Shown here: in pieces, positions 10,201 to 17,900 of the stretch
Layout of the letters: the number at the start of each line of letters is the position of its first letter
How positions within the stretch are numbered: the first letter of the stretch is position 1
Assembly (NCBI GenBank): GCA_001189165.1
Contig: LFCO01000001.1
Span: forward strand, 221,592 to 285,591
DNA: 64,000 nucleotides
DNA from: Parcubacteria bacterium C7867-005
GTDB taxonomy: Bacteria; Patescibacteriota; Minisyncoccia; Phycocordibacterales; Zambryskibacteraceae
Reading direction: 5' to 3'
The notes under the pieces: generated by a model
Told to the model about the DNA's origin: nothing
The model's database searches: none
Seen by the model: the letters and a program-made list of their open reading frames with translations, nothing else
Made by a program: the position numbers and the translations under genes

Positions 10201-10925
10201 TGATCTTCGATCTCTTTCTGAAGTTTAGCCAAATCTACTTCTTTGAGGATACTGTATATAGCTTCTGCTCCTATACTGGCTTCAAAGATAGTTGAATACT
10301 TCATAGAGAACCTGTGGTACTCAACTTCATCGAGCACACGGCCGAGTTCAATAGACTCTATGTCTTTCTTGGCACCGAGTGCGAGTTCCTTGAGTGCCTC
10401 TTTTGATTTTTCATCCTGTAGAGACTTTATCTTGGCTTTGAATTCTGAATCTAAATCTTTGAGTACTCTAGACTTTTCTGCTTCAGAAACTGAAGTGACG
10501 ATGTATCCTGCAAAATAAATAACCTTCTCCAAATCTGCCACTGGAATACCCATGACCAAAGAGATACGTGAAGGAACATTCTTTAGGAACCAAATGTGTG
10601 CAACTGGGCTCGCAAGTTCGATATGGCCCATCCTCTCTCTACGGACGATTGAACGAGTGATTTCTACTCCACATTTTTCACAGATTATTCCCTTGAACCT
10701 GATACCGCGGTATTTGCCACAGTAACACTCAAAGTCCTTGTCTGGACCAAAGATCTTCTCATCAAAGAGACCGTTTCGTTCACTTCTTTGAGTTCGATAG
10801 TTAATTGTTTCTGGCTTTGTGACTTCTCCATATGACCATTCTTTTATTCTCTCTGGCGAAGCAAGCTTGATCGAAATAAGATCAAAGTCGGTTGTGTCGA
10901 TGTTTTTGTTTCTTGGTGTGTTCAT
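7260..10925 (-). CDS. rpoC: RNA polymerase beta' subunit
   Basis: NADFDGDQMAVH catalytic motif, Zn finger CYCGKY..CEKC, GEPGTQLTMRTFH. Confidence 0.99.
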   Translation of the reverse strand: MNTPRNKNIDTTDFDLISIKLASPERIKEWSYGEVTKPETINYRTQRSERNGLFDEKIFGPDKDFECYCGKYRGIRFKGIICEKCGVEITRSIVRRERMGHIELASPVAHIWFLKNVPSRISLVMGIPVADLEKVIYFAGYIVTSVSEAEKSRVLKDLDSEFKAKIKSLQDEKSKEALKELALGAKKDIESIELGRVLDEVEYHRFSMKYSTIFEASIGAEAIYSILKEVDLAKLQKEIEDQLEKAPSTELARLHKRSSTIQWMMRAGIRPEWMFLSRIPVIPPAIRPMVPLDGGRYATSDVNDLYRRVINRNNRLKKLMDISAPDVILRNEKRILQEAVDALIDNTIRHGTAAGNQSQRRPLKSLSDNLKGKRGLFRQNLLGKRVDYSGRSVIVVGPELKLHQCGLPKHMALELFKPFIISELLKRELAFNIPGARRLIEDAIPEVWAILEEIIRGKYVLLNRAPTLHRLGIQAFQPVLIEGNAIQLHPLVCTAFNADFDGDQMAVHVPLSDEAQAEARLIMAADKNILKPGNGEPVVSAKMLDIVLGSFWMTRMIPGEKGEDKYFSSPNAAITAHDFGAVSYRAKVHILPTDSEKYKAFDGKIFETTVGRLLFNSVLPSDYAFMNYEVDSRKMVDLVDDLIERYGIANIPAIIDRIKEFGFKYATHSGVTWGIDDVKIPEAKQGIIDKGRDKVRKVIDQYNDGLLSENERVQKSVEIWQSIKGEVEALIPATLGPKDSVYDMTYSKARGSLGNLNQMAGMKGIIQNVSGDALEFPILSCYKEGLTPLEYFITTHGSRKGLTDTALNTAKAGYLTRRLFDVAQDEIVSEEDCGTKEFTTISKKTASGIEIPLSKTLKGRFLANDVIDGKGSVLFKKGHFIHKKDAEIIDKAMVEAVDVRSPMTCKSLHGVCVKCYGADLGTNKVVELGEAVGTIAAQAIGEPGTQLTMRTFHSGGVASVAGDITAGLPRVEEIFEKRKPKNPASISHVDGTVTEIQVVGNERTIIITPDIGEAKTAKAKKLDNEYLVGPTRTLIVKVGSEVKKGEFLTDGSADLDELFRYAGKEKTENYIIHEVSKLYELQGAAVSHKHIELIVRQMFSRRKIRQSGGTQFTRGDVVEVSDYMESNESMKTAGTEESKGDSVIMGISEVSLSRSSFLSAASFQHTPRVLIQAAIRGAEDELIGLKENVIIGRMIPAGTGFKGGYKEKLICEEQSTPSKND

Positions 10926-10930
10926 GGTCT

Positions 10931-13900
10931 TTATTCGTTTATTGCTTTAACATCTTCGATCGGCTTTTTCTTTTTCTTTAGCTCAATATCTAGACCAAGA
11001 CCTCGAAGGTTATTAAGGAGAACGTTAAATGATGCCGGAGTGTTTGGTTCTGCGATCTTCTCTCCTTTCACTATGGCATCAAAGGCTGCAGAACGACCGA
11101 CGATATCGTCTGATTTGATGGTGAGCATCTCTCGTAGGGTATGACCTGCGCCATGACCAAGAAGTGCCCAAACTTCCATTTCTCCGAATCTCTGACCTCC
11201 GTTCTGTGCTTTACCTCCGAGTGGCTGTTGAGTGATGAGAGAGTAGGGTCCGATAGAACGCATATGAATCTTGTCTTCGACCATGTGGTGAAGTTTCAAG
11301 ATATACATGTAACCAATGGCTACATCCTGCTGAACTTCTTCTCCTGTCCTACCGTCAAATAGTTTGACCTTACCTGATTTATTGAATCCGGCTTTGACAA
11401 GCTCTTCTTTGATTTCTTCTTCAGAAGCTCCAGCAAATGGAGGGACAATGGCTTGGTAGTTTAATGTATGAGCTGCGAGACCGAGGTGCATTTCTAGAAT
11501 CTGTCCTAGGTTCATACGAGAAGGCACACCAAGTGGAGTGAGGATGATATCTATGGGGGTACCATCTGCCATGTATGGCATCTCTTCTACTGGAAGTATT
11601 CTTGAGATAACACCCTTGTTACCGTGTCTACCTGCAAGTTTGTCTCCGACTGATACATTTCTAAGTTCTGCTACTTGAATGTGAATTTGTTTGAGGATAC
11701 CTGAATCGAGTTTATCTCCCTTCTCTCTAGAGAAGATTTGAACCGAGATAACACGACCTCTCTTGCCCCCTTCCATTCGCTTAGACGTGTCTTTTACATC
11801 ACGAGCTTTTTCTCCGAACAAAGATCTGAGCAGACGTTCTTCTGGTGTAAGTTGTGATTCACCTTTTGGTGTGATCTTACCAACAAGGATGTCACCTGGA
11901 CGGACCTCTGCACCTACTCGGATGATACCGTCTTCTGCAAGGTTCCTTAGTTTGCCCTCACCGACGTTAGGGATGTCGCAAGTAGTAACTTCGGGACCAA
12001 GTTTGGTATCTCGAACATTGATAGTGAAATCTTCGATGTGTACTGAAGTGAATTTAGATTCTTTGACCAATCTTTCTGAAAGGATGATGGCGTCTTCATA
12101 GTTCGCTCCTGACCAAGACATGAATGCGACGAGAATGTTCTGTCCGAGCGCCATCTGTCCGTGTTCTGATGAAGACGTGTCTGCGAGGACATCTCCCTTC
12201 TTCACTTTCTGTCCAACTTCTACTGCTGGCCTTTGATGGAAAGCGGTAAAGCCGTTAGTCATCGAGAAGGTCACGAGTTTGAATTCGTGTTCTTTGCCTT
12301 TTGTGTCAGTGAGAATTATTTTCTTTCCATCCGCGTAAGTAACTGTGCCCGCCTCTGGTGCGATGACGAGACGACCGATATCTCTAGCTGCCTTTTCTTC
12401 TATACCTGTAGCCACGAGTGGAGCCTCGGGGATAATACAAGGAGTACCTTGCTTTTGCATGTTAGAGCCCATCAATGCTCGGTTTGCATCATCGTGGTTT
12501 AGGAATGGGATCATCGATGTCACCACTGAAAATGCTTGGTTTGTAGCCACGTCTATAAAATCAACCTTGTCTCTTGTGACTGTGACTGGAGTACCCTTGG
12601 TTCGTACTTCTACGATATCAGGGGTGATACGGCCACTTTCGTCAGTTGGAGTTGCGCCATGAGCAATGTTGAAATTCTCTTCTTCTAGGGCGTTTAAGAA
12701 TTTGATCTCATTTGTGATCTTGCCATTTTTGATTACCGCGTATGGAGTTTCAATCATGCCGAAATCGTTCACACGAGCGTAAGACGCGAGGCGCAAAATA
12801 AGACCGATGTTTGGACCTTCTGGGGTTTGGATTGGACAGAGACGACCGTAGTGCGAAGGGTGCACGTCACGAACCTCATATCCTGCACGAGCACGATTTA
12901 AACCTCCAGGACCAAGGGCTGAAAGGGTTCGTAGGTGTTCAAGCTCTTCGAGTGCGTTCGTCTGTTGCATGAACTGTGAGAGCTGGTTTGTGGTAAAGAA
13001 CTCTTTCATACGAGCCTGAAGTGGTTTTGGAGAAATGAACTGAACAGGGAGAGTGACATCTGTATCTATAGTAGACATCCTGTTCTGGATGTTTCTCTTG
13101 ATCTGGGCCATACCCACACGGATCTTCTGTTGGAAAAGTTCGCCAACATATCTGACTCGTCTTGATCCGAGGTGGTCTATGTCATCCTCAGTTGAACCTG
13201 GAGTAGAGTTGAGGTGTGCGATGTGGGAGATTATATGAACAAGATCCTCTATAGATAGAGTCCTGCGTTCAATCTCTTTTGCTGTTTCTTTGATACCAAA
13301 ACGATTGTTGAATCTGAAACGACCAACACGAGAAAGGTCATATCTCTCTGAATCGAAAATAGATTTGACGAACTCACGTGCGTTATCTGCAGATGCCAGG
13401 TCACCATCCCTGAGTCTCTTATGAATCTCTATGGCTGCATCTTCTACGCCGATAGTATGATCCTTGGCCAATGTCTTTTCTATAAAGTGCTTGGCTTCTG
13501 GTTGGCCCTTGAATAGAGCGAGGATTTTGTCATTTGTTGATTCACCGAACGCACGAAGAAGAACAGAGACGGGGAACTTTCTCTTGCGATCAATGCGTAC
13601 AAAAATAGTACCGTCTAGGTCTGTCTCAAACTCGATCCATGCGCCACGTCCAGGAATCACTTTGGCACCAAAGGTCTTTTTACCCTTTAGTTCTTGTGAA
13701 GTGAAGAAAACACCGAAAGAACGAGCAAGTTGTGGCACAACAACACGTTCGATACCAGAGATGATGAATGTACCGTGTGAAGTCATAAGAGGGAAATCGG
13801 CCATAAAAATCTCCTGTTCCTTCTCTGTCTTCATGATAAAGTTCTTCAACCTGATACGCACCTTCAAAGGAGCCTCATAAGAGAGCTTGTTGTCCTTGGC

Positions 13901-14143
13901 CTCATATTCATCGAACTTTGGTTTGTCTAATTCAAAACCGACGAAATCCAATTGGAACTTTCTTTCTGAAAAATCTTTGATTGAAGAAAATTCTTCGAAA
14001 ACTTCTTTCAATCCTTTCTCTACGAGCCACTTGAACGAATCAACCTGAGAGACAACCAGATCTGGCATCTCTGTCAACGGTTCTCTAAACTTACCGAAAT
14101 ACTTTTTCTCTCTTGCACCTGACTTAGTTGTGTGGGCGGGCAT
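10931..14143 (-). CDS. rpoB: RNA polymerase beta subunit
   Basis: GRLCPIQTPEGPNIG, GDKLAGRHGNKGV, GGQRFGEME. Start placed at ATG 14143 (MPAHTT); the ORF track extends to 14158. Confidence 0.99.
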   Translation of the reverse strand: MPAHTTKSGAREKKYFGKFREPLTEMPDLVVSQVDSFKWLVEKGLKEVFEEFSSIKDFSERKFQLDFVGFELDKPKFDEYEAKDNKLSYEAPLKVRIRLKNFIMKTEKEQEIFMADFPLMTSHGTFIISGIERVVVPQLARSFGVFFTSQELKGKKTFGAKVIPGRGAWIEFETDLDGTIFVRIDRKRKFPVSVLLRAFGESTNDKILALFKGQPEAKHFIEKTLAKDHTIGVEDAAIEIHKRLRDGDLASADNAREFVKSIFDSERYDLSRVGRFRFNNRFGIKETAKEIERRTLSIEDLVHIISHIAHLNSTPGSTEDDIDHLGSRRVRYVGELFQQKIRVGMAQIKRNIQNRMSTIDTDVTLPVQFISPKPLQARMKEFFTTNQLSQFMQQTNALEELEHLRTLSALGPGGLNRARAGYEVRDVHPSHYGRLCPIQTPEGPNIGLILRLASYARVNDFGMIETPYAVIKNGKITNEIKFLNALEEENFNIAHGATPTDESGRITPDIVEVRTKGTPVTVTRDKVDFIDVATNQAFSVVTSMIPFLNHDDANRALMGSNMQKQGTPCIIPEAPLVATGIEEKAARDIGRLVIAPEAGTVTYADGKKIILTDTKGKEHEFKLVTFSMTNGFTAFHQRPAVEVGQKVKKGDVLADTSSSEHGQMALGQNILVAFMSWSGANYEDAIILSERLVKESKFTSVHIEDFTINVRDTKLGPEVTTCDIPNVGEGKLRNLAEDGIIRVGAEVRPGDILVGKITPKGESQLTPEERLLRSLFGEKARDVKDTSKRMEGGKRGRVISVQIFSREKGDKLDSGILKQIHIQVAELRNVSVGDKLAGRHGNKGVISRILPVEEMPYMADGTPIDIILTPLGVPSRMNLGQILEMHLGLAAHTLNYQAIVPPFAGASEEEIKEELVKAGFNKSGKVKLFDGRTGEEVQQDVAIGYMYILKLHHMVEDKIHMRSIGPYSLITQQPLGGKAQNGGQRFGEMEVWALLGHGAGHTLREMLTIKSDDIVGRSAAFDAIVKGEKIAEPNTPASFNVLLNNLRGLGLDIELKKKKKPIEDVKAINE

Positions 14144-14297
14144 ATGATAGAAAATCAAGCACTCGCGGGCTTTTCGGCTCGTGCTTTTTTATAAAATTAA
14201 ACTATTAAGCAAAACGGAACTTTTAAACAAATCGCCTTGTTTTTCCCCTTTTTGCTTCGATTTGGTCGTAACTAAATCGTATTCGAAGTTATCGCAG

Positions 14298-14326
14298 AGT
14301 ATATATAAGACACTGTAACCTGTCAA
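14298..14326 (-). promoter_or_regulatory. rpoB operon promoter
   Basis: Minus-strand TTGACA (14326-14321) - 17 nt - TATACT (14303-14298). Confidence 0.8.
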
Positions 14327-14331
14327 TCCCC

Positions 14332-14340
14332 TTATCCACA
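14332..14340 (+). promoter_or_regulatory. Perfect DnaA box next to the rpoB -35
   Basis: TTATCCACA, 5 nt upstream of the -35 hexamer. Confidence 0.6.
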
Positions 14341-14361
14341 AGAAAACCGCCCTAGAGCGGT
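14340..14361 (-). terminator. Intrinsic terminator of orphan gene 3
   Basis: Minus strand ACCGCTCTAGGGCGGT-TTTCTT. Confidence 0.65.
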
Positions 14362-14367
14362 CTGGGG

Positions 14368-14607
14368 TCACCTTTGCGGAGGCAGGCTGCTGAACGTCGC
14401 CCGCAGCACTGTCTCAAGCGTGGCTGCCCCCTTGAAGGGTGATGGACCCATCTTGGCACTGAGGTCCACTTCCGATGCGGTGGTGGGTCCAATGTATAAA
14501 CCCCCACATACGAATCGAAAGGTACTACCCTTCCCCGTACCCTCTGATTCTGCACCGGAACTGATGACAACACCGACCTTGTTCAAACACATCGTGTTGG
14601 TACTCAT
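14368..14607 (-). CDS. GC-rich orphan small protein (79 aa)
   Basis: GGAGG SD 4 nt before ATG, TGGTACAAT extended -10 upstream, terminator immediately downstream. Confidence 0.55.
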   Translation of the reverse strand: MSTNTMCLNKVGVVISSGAESEGTGKGSTFRFVCGGLYIGPTTASEVDLSAKMGPSPFKGAATLETVLRATFSSLPPQR

Positions 14608-14668
14608 CTGCCCTCCGGTGAAAGGGTTGGTCCTGATAATATTGTACCAGAGAACAGTGCACGATTAT

Positions 14669-15676
14669 CTACCTAGGTAAAGAAAACTCACCTTCAAACA
14701 ACACTCTCTTTTTGTGTTCAGCTGATAACTTGGAGGTTATCACGTCCATAGCATCATCAAAAGAATTCTCTTCTGGGAAATACAACTTTGATTTAAGCAT
14801 CTCTATGCCTATTATCTTGTAAGTAACTCGGTCGTCTGAGAGTACCAACCTCACTGTCAAACCCTGCCTAGTCTCTAAAGAAAAATCTTGATCAAAAATA
14901 AAGTTGCCAAGTGAATAGAAAATTGCCTTGTTTTTATAGATCTCTATTGGCTGTATGACATGCGGATGTGTACCAATAATGAGGTCGGCACCCGAATCAA
15001 CAAAAACATATCCCTTCTCTCTCTGGCTCTTACTTTCTTTTGTCGAATATTCTACGCCCCAATGAGCCAGAACAATCGTAAAGTCACATTCTGATTCGAT
15101 CGTCTGTATCTCTCTGACCGTGCTATCTATGTTCGGATTATAAAGTTCGTGATAACCAACAAAACAAACATATTCGTCTTTAATATTTACCCTCCTAGAC
15201 TGATTCTCATTATTCAAAACTGAACCAAAAGAGAAAATGCCTTCCTCGCCCAAATTATTTATAGTTTCCTCATACCCCTCTTCTCCAAAATCATATGCAT
15301 GATTGTTCGCAAGGCTCACACCATCAAATCCAAGAGATAGAAGGCTCGTGGCTACAGACGGATCAAATGTGAACCTTAAAATTTTATTGTTCTTTATAGC
15401 TATGGATTCGTTCTCTGTTATAGTCCCCTCCAAGTTACCTATGGTTAGATCCAGATCATCGAACAAACTTTTGACATCTGCGATCAGATACTCGAAACCC
15501 TGTTTCTCAGCGACTCTCCTAACATTCCTGTCTAGCATCATATCTCCTACGAAAAGGATCTCTGCACTACTCTCATGCAAAAAGCTATTTTGTGCCTGGT
15601 AAATTAACGTAGATGTCCTCCCGGATACAGCAACACCTAAACCAAGAACAATTAGTATTAGGATCAAAAGTCTCAT
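14669..15676 (-). CDS. CapA/PGA_cap family metallophosphatase-fold protein, membrane anchored
   Basis: VGDMMLDR, GNLEG, SLANNHAYDFG, AHWGVEY, GTHPHV, YSLGNF motifs; N-terminal hydrophobic segment. Confidence 0.92.
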   Translation of the reverse strand: MRLLILILIVLGLGVAVSGRTSTLIYQAQNSFLHESSAEILFVGDMMLDRNVRRVAEKQGFEYLIADVKSLFDDLDLTIGNLEGTITENESIAIKNNKILRFTFDPSVATSLLSLGFDGVSLANNHAYDFGEEGYEETINNLGEEGIFSFGSVLNNENQSRRVNIKDEYVCFVGYHELYNPNIDSTVREIQTIESECDFTIVLAHWGVEYSTKESKSQREKGYVFVDSGADLIIGTHPHVIQPIEIYKNKAIFYSLGNFIFDQDFSLETRQGLTVRLVLSDDRVTYKIIGIEMLKSKLYFPEENSFDDAMDVITSKLSAEHKKRVLFEGEFSLPR

Positions 15677-16311
15677 AGCTTTTTATTTGAATATTCTTCG
15701 AAAACATTTCTTAATTCTTGCTTCATAGACTCATCGATTTCTACAGTTAATTTCTTGCTGCCGGTCAAACTATACGCATGGCATTCATCGAGCAGAACCT
15801 CTTCATGATATCCACCGCGGGACCGCAACCAGTCCTTCAGATCATCTAGGTTGTATTTCTCTAATATTTTTAAAACCTTCTCTCTGTAGACTGGCTCAGT
15901 GTAAAACAGTCCATGTGCAGTCTCGTGTTCTAGATAAAGAATATTCTGTGTCCCATCATGTTTGTCATATATCCCCAGGACATAGAACGGATGTTCATGC
16001 TCCTTAAACAAAGAGAGCAGGCTCTGTTCCTCGGTTGTTAAAGGGTCGAACTTATTTTCGTAGAATGGTTTGAGAACATACGAAGGTATATTGAAACCAC
16101 TCCAGTCAGAATAGTAGGTAAAGCTTCCTTTCAGCTTCGTATACCAATCTTTGTATTCGTCCAAGCTGAAAATCTTACCTCTGAATTCTGGTGATTCGTA
16201 ATGTTCCTGAAACCTCAAAAACGTAGAGGTTAGGTCTAGTTGCGTCTCAAATTCAAGAAGAAAAATATTCTTCAAGACTTCTGACTTTTTTATTTTCTTT
16301 TCTTTTTCCAT
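15673..16311 (-). CDS. Hypothetical protein with HExxH (possible zinc metallopeptidase fold)
   Basis: 212 aa ORF overlapping both neighbours; LEHETAHGLF plus downstream DECHAY. Confidence 0.7.
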   Translation of the reverse strand: MEKEKKIKKSEVLKNIFLLEFETQLDLTSTFLRFQEHYESPEFRGKIFSLDEYKDWYTKLKGSFTYYSDWSGFNIPSYVLKPFYENKFDPLTTEEQSLLSLFKEHEHPFYVLGIYDKHDGTQNILYLEHETAHGLFYTEPVYREKVLKILEKYNLDDLKDWLRSRGGYHEEVLLDECHAYSLTGSKKLTVEIDESMKQELRNVFEEYSNKKL

Positions 16312-16928
16312 TCTTCGATTTTGGCTTGGTGACCAGACAGGAGCACTTTGGGCACGGAGTATTTTTTGCCTTTATGTACGAATGATTCTGGTCTGGTGTA
16401 CACCTCGGATGAGGAGATTCTTCTTTCTTCGACTGAGTCAAAATTACCCAACACGCCCTCTACCTGACGGGCGACAACGTCGATGATGAGCATGGCTGGC
16501 AGTTCTCCGCCGGTTAATACAAAAGGTCCAATAGAAATGTCTTCTGTTTTAAAAATCTTTTTCACTCGGGCATCTATACCTTCGTATCTACCAGAAATGA
16601 TAACGATGTCCGTGTGTTTAGAAGCAATTCTCTCTGCGTATTGATTCGTAAATTGTTTACCATTTGGGGACAAGAAAATGATTTTCACATTCTTTTTCTT
16701 ACCCACCGCCTTCTCTATAGCCTTCACCACCGGCTCTGCTTGGATCACCATCCCCGGACCGCCTCCATACGGTGCACGATCGACACGAGCAAATTTATCT
16801 TTGGTAAAATTTCTTGGATTATAAAAGGAAACTTTTATTTTCTTGTCTTCTATGGCACGTTTTAATATCGACTCACCTAAATATGAATCAAAACTTTTCT
16901 CAAAAAGGGTGATGATATGAAAATGCAT
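16290..16928 (-). CDS. trmD: tRNA (guanine-N1)-methyltransferase
   Basis: DRAPYGGGPGMV, SGRYEGIDARV, SIGPFVLTGGE, VPKVLLSGHQ; start set at ATG 16928 (MHFHII). Confidence 0.97.
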   Translation of the reverse strand: MHFHIITLFEKSFDSYLGESILKRAIEDKKIKVSFYNPRNFTKDKFARVDRAPYGGGPGMVIQAEPVVKAIEKAVGKKKNVKIIFLSPNGKQFTNQYAERIASKHTDIVIISGRYEGIDARVKKIFKTEDISIGPFVLTGGELPAMLIIDVVARQVEGVLGNFDSVEERRISSSEVYTRPESFVHKGKKYSVPKVLLSGHQAKIEEWKKKRK

Positions 16929-16953
16929 AAAGCTCGGAGCTTGCCCCGGACGA

Positions 16954-17301
16954 CTAGTCCAGGTTGAGATCCTCCATCGCCTCATCTACGGTCTTGGTCG
17001 CATTCATCACTGGAGCGGGGCTGTGGGAGTAAGATTCTCTGGGAGTTGACCCTGCGGGTTCGTTTATTTTCAAATTCACACGAGCATTGTTCTTCATACC
17101 CACTACACGGAGGAGGATGCGGATAGCCTTGGCTGTGTTGCCTGAACGACCGATCACCTTTCCCATATCATCCGGATGCACATCGAGGGTCATGAGGACA
17201 CCCATCTCATCCACCGTCCTCTTTATCTTCACATCATTTGGATGCTCTACCAATGCCTTCACTACGTATTCTAAAAATTGTGTATCGTCTACCATAATCA
17301 A
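16954..17301 (-). CDS. khpA: KH-domain RNA-binding protein
   Basis: VHPDDMGKVIGRSGNTAKAIR KH motif; classic position between rpsP and trmD. Confidence 0.92.
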   Translation of the reverse strand: MIMVDDTQFLEYVVKALVEHPNDVKIKRTVDEMGVLMTLDVHPDDMGKVIGRSGNTAKAIRILLRVVGMKNNARVNLKINEPAGSTPRESYSHSPAPVMNATKTVDEAMEDLNLD

Positions 17302-17364
17302 ATCAGTTAAGGATAATCTGGAATACTCACAAGGAGTGAGTTGGGTGGTGTTTGGTACCCCGTT

Positions 17365-17844
17365 TTATTGTACCACTTCTTCTGCGGCTGGCTCGGCTGG
17401 AGTTTCTGCGGGAGTCTCTACTGCTGATGCTTCTTCAATAACCGGAGTCTCCTCGACTGAAGCAACCGCTTCTTCTACAACAGGTTCTGGAGCTTTGGCT
17501 TCTTCTTTTGGAGCTTCTACCACTGGCTTAACCTCTGCCTTTGGTTCTTCGGCTACTACCTCTTTCACTATGGGGGTCTTCTTTGGAAGGACGTTTATTT
17601 TCTTGGCATCGATAATTTTGTGGGTCACAAATAGGTTATGAACAGATCCTGTGAGGGCGATACCCTGTGATAACCAGTGTTTAATACGATCAGCTTTGAA
17701 AGCATCTGTCTTCTTGCGGGGGTCGTATGAGCCTAGAATCTCCTTATAGCGACCAGATTTAGTACTGTTCTTTGAGTCGGTCAAAACAAGACGAAAAGCT
17801 GTCTCGTGTTTGCGTCCTACTCTCTGAAGTCTCATTTTAAGCAT
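17365..17844 (-). CDS. rpsP: 30S ribosomal protein S16 with acidic E/A/P-rich C-terminal tail
   Basis: MLKMRLQRVGRKH..FRLVLTDS..GRYKEILGSYDP. Confidence 0.96.
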   Translation of the reverse strand: MLKMRLQRVGRKHETAFRLVLTDSKNSTKSGRYKEILGSYDPRKKTDAFKADRIKHWLSQGIALTGSVHNLFVTHKIIDAKKINVLPKKTPIVKEVVAEEPKAEVKPVVEAPKEEAKAPEPVVEEAVASVEETPVIEEASAVETPAETPAEPAAEEVVQ

Positions 17845-17900
17845 TGGCGTATCCTACCAAAAAGCCGAGCCTCGGTCAATATGGTATAGTTCTAGGAAAC

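Noticed and set aside
14189-14371. 60-aa ORF between orphan gene 3 and rpoB
   Set aside because: It spans a terminator, DnaA box, promoter and structured leader; no SD or coding features.
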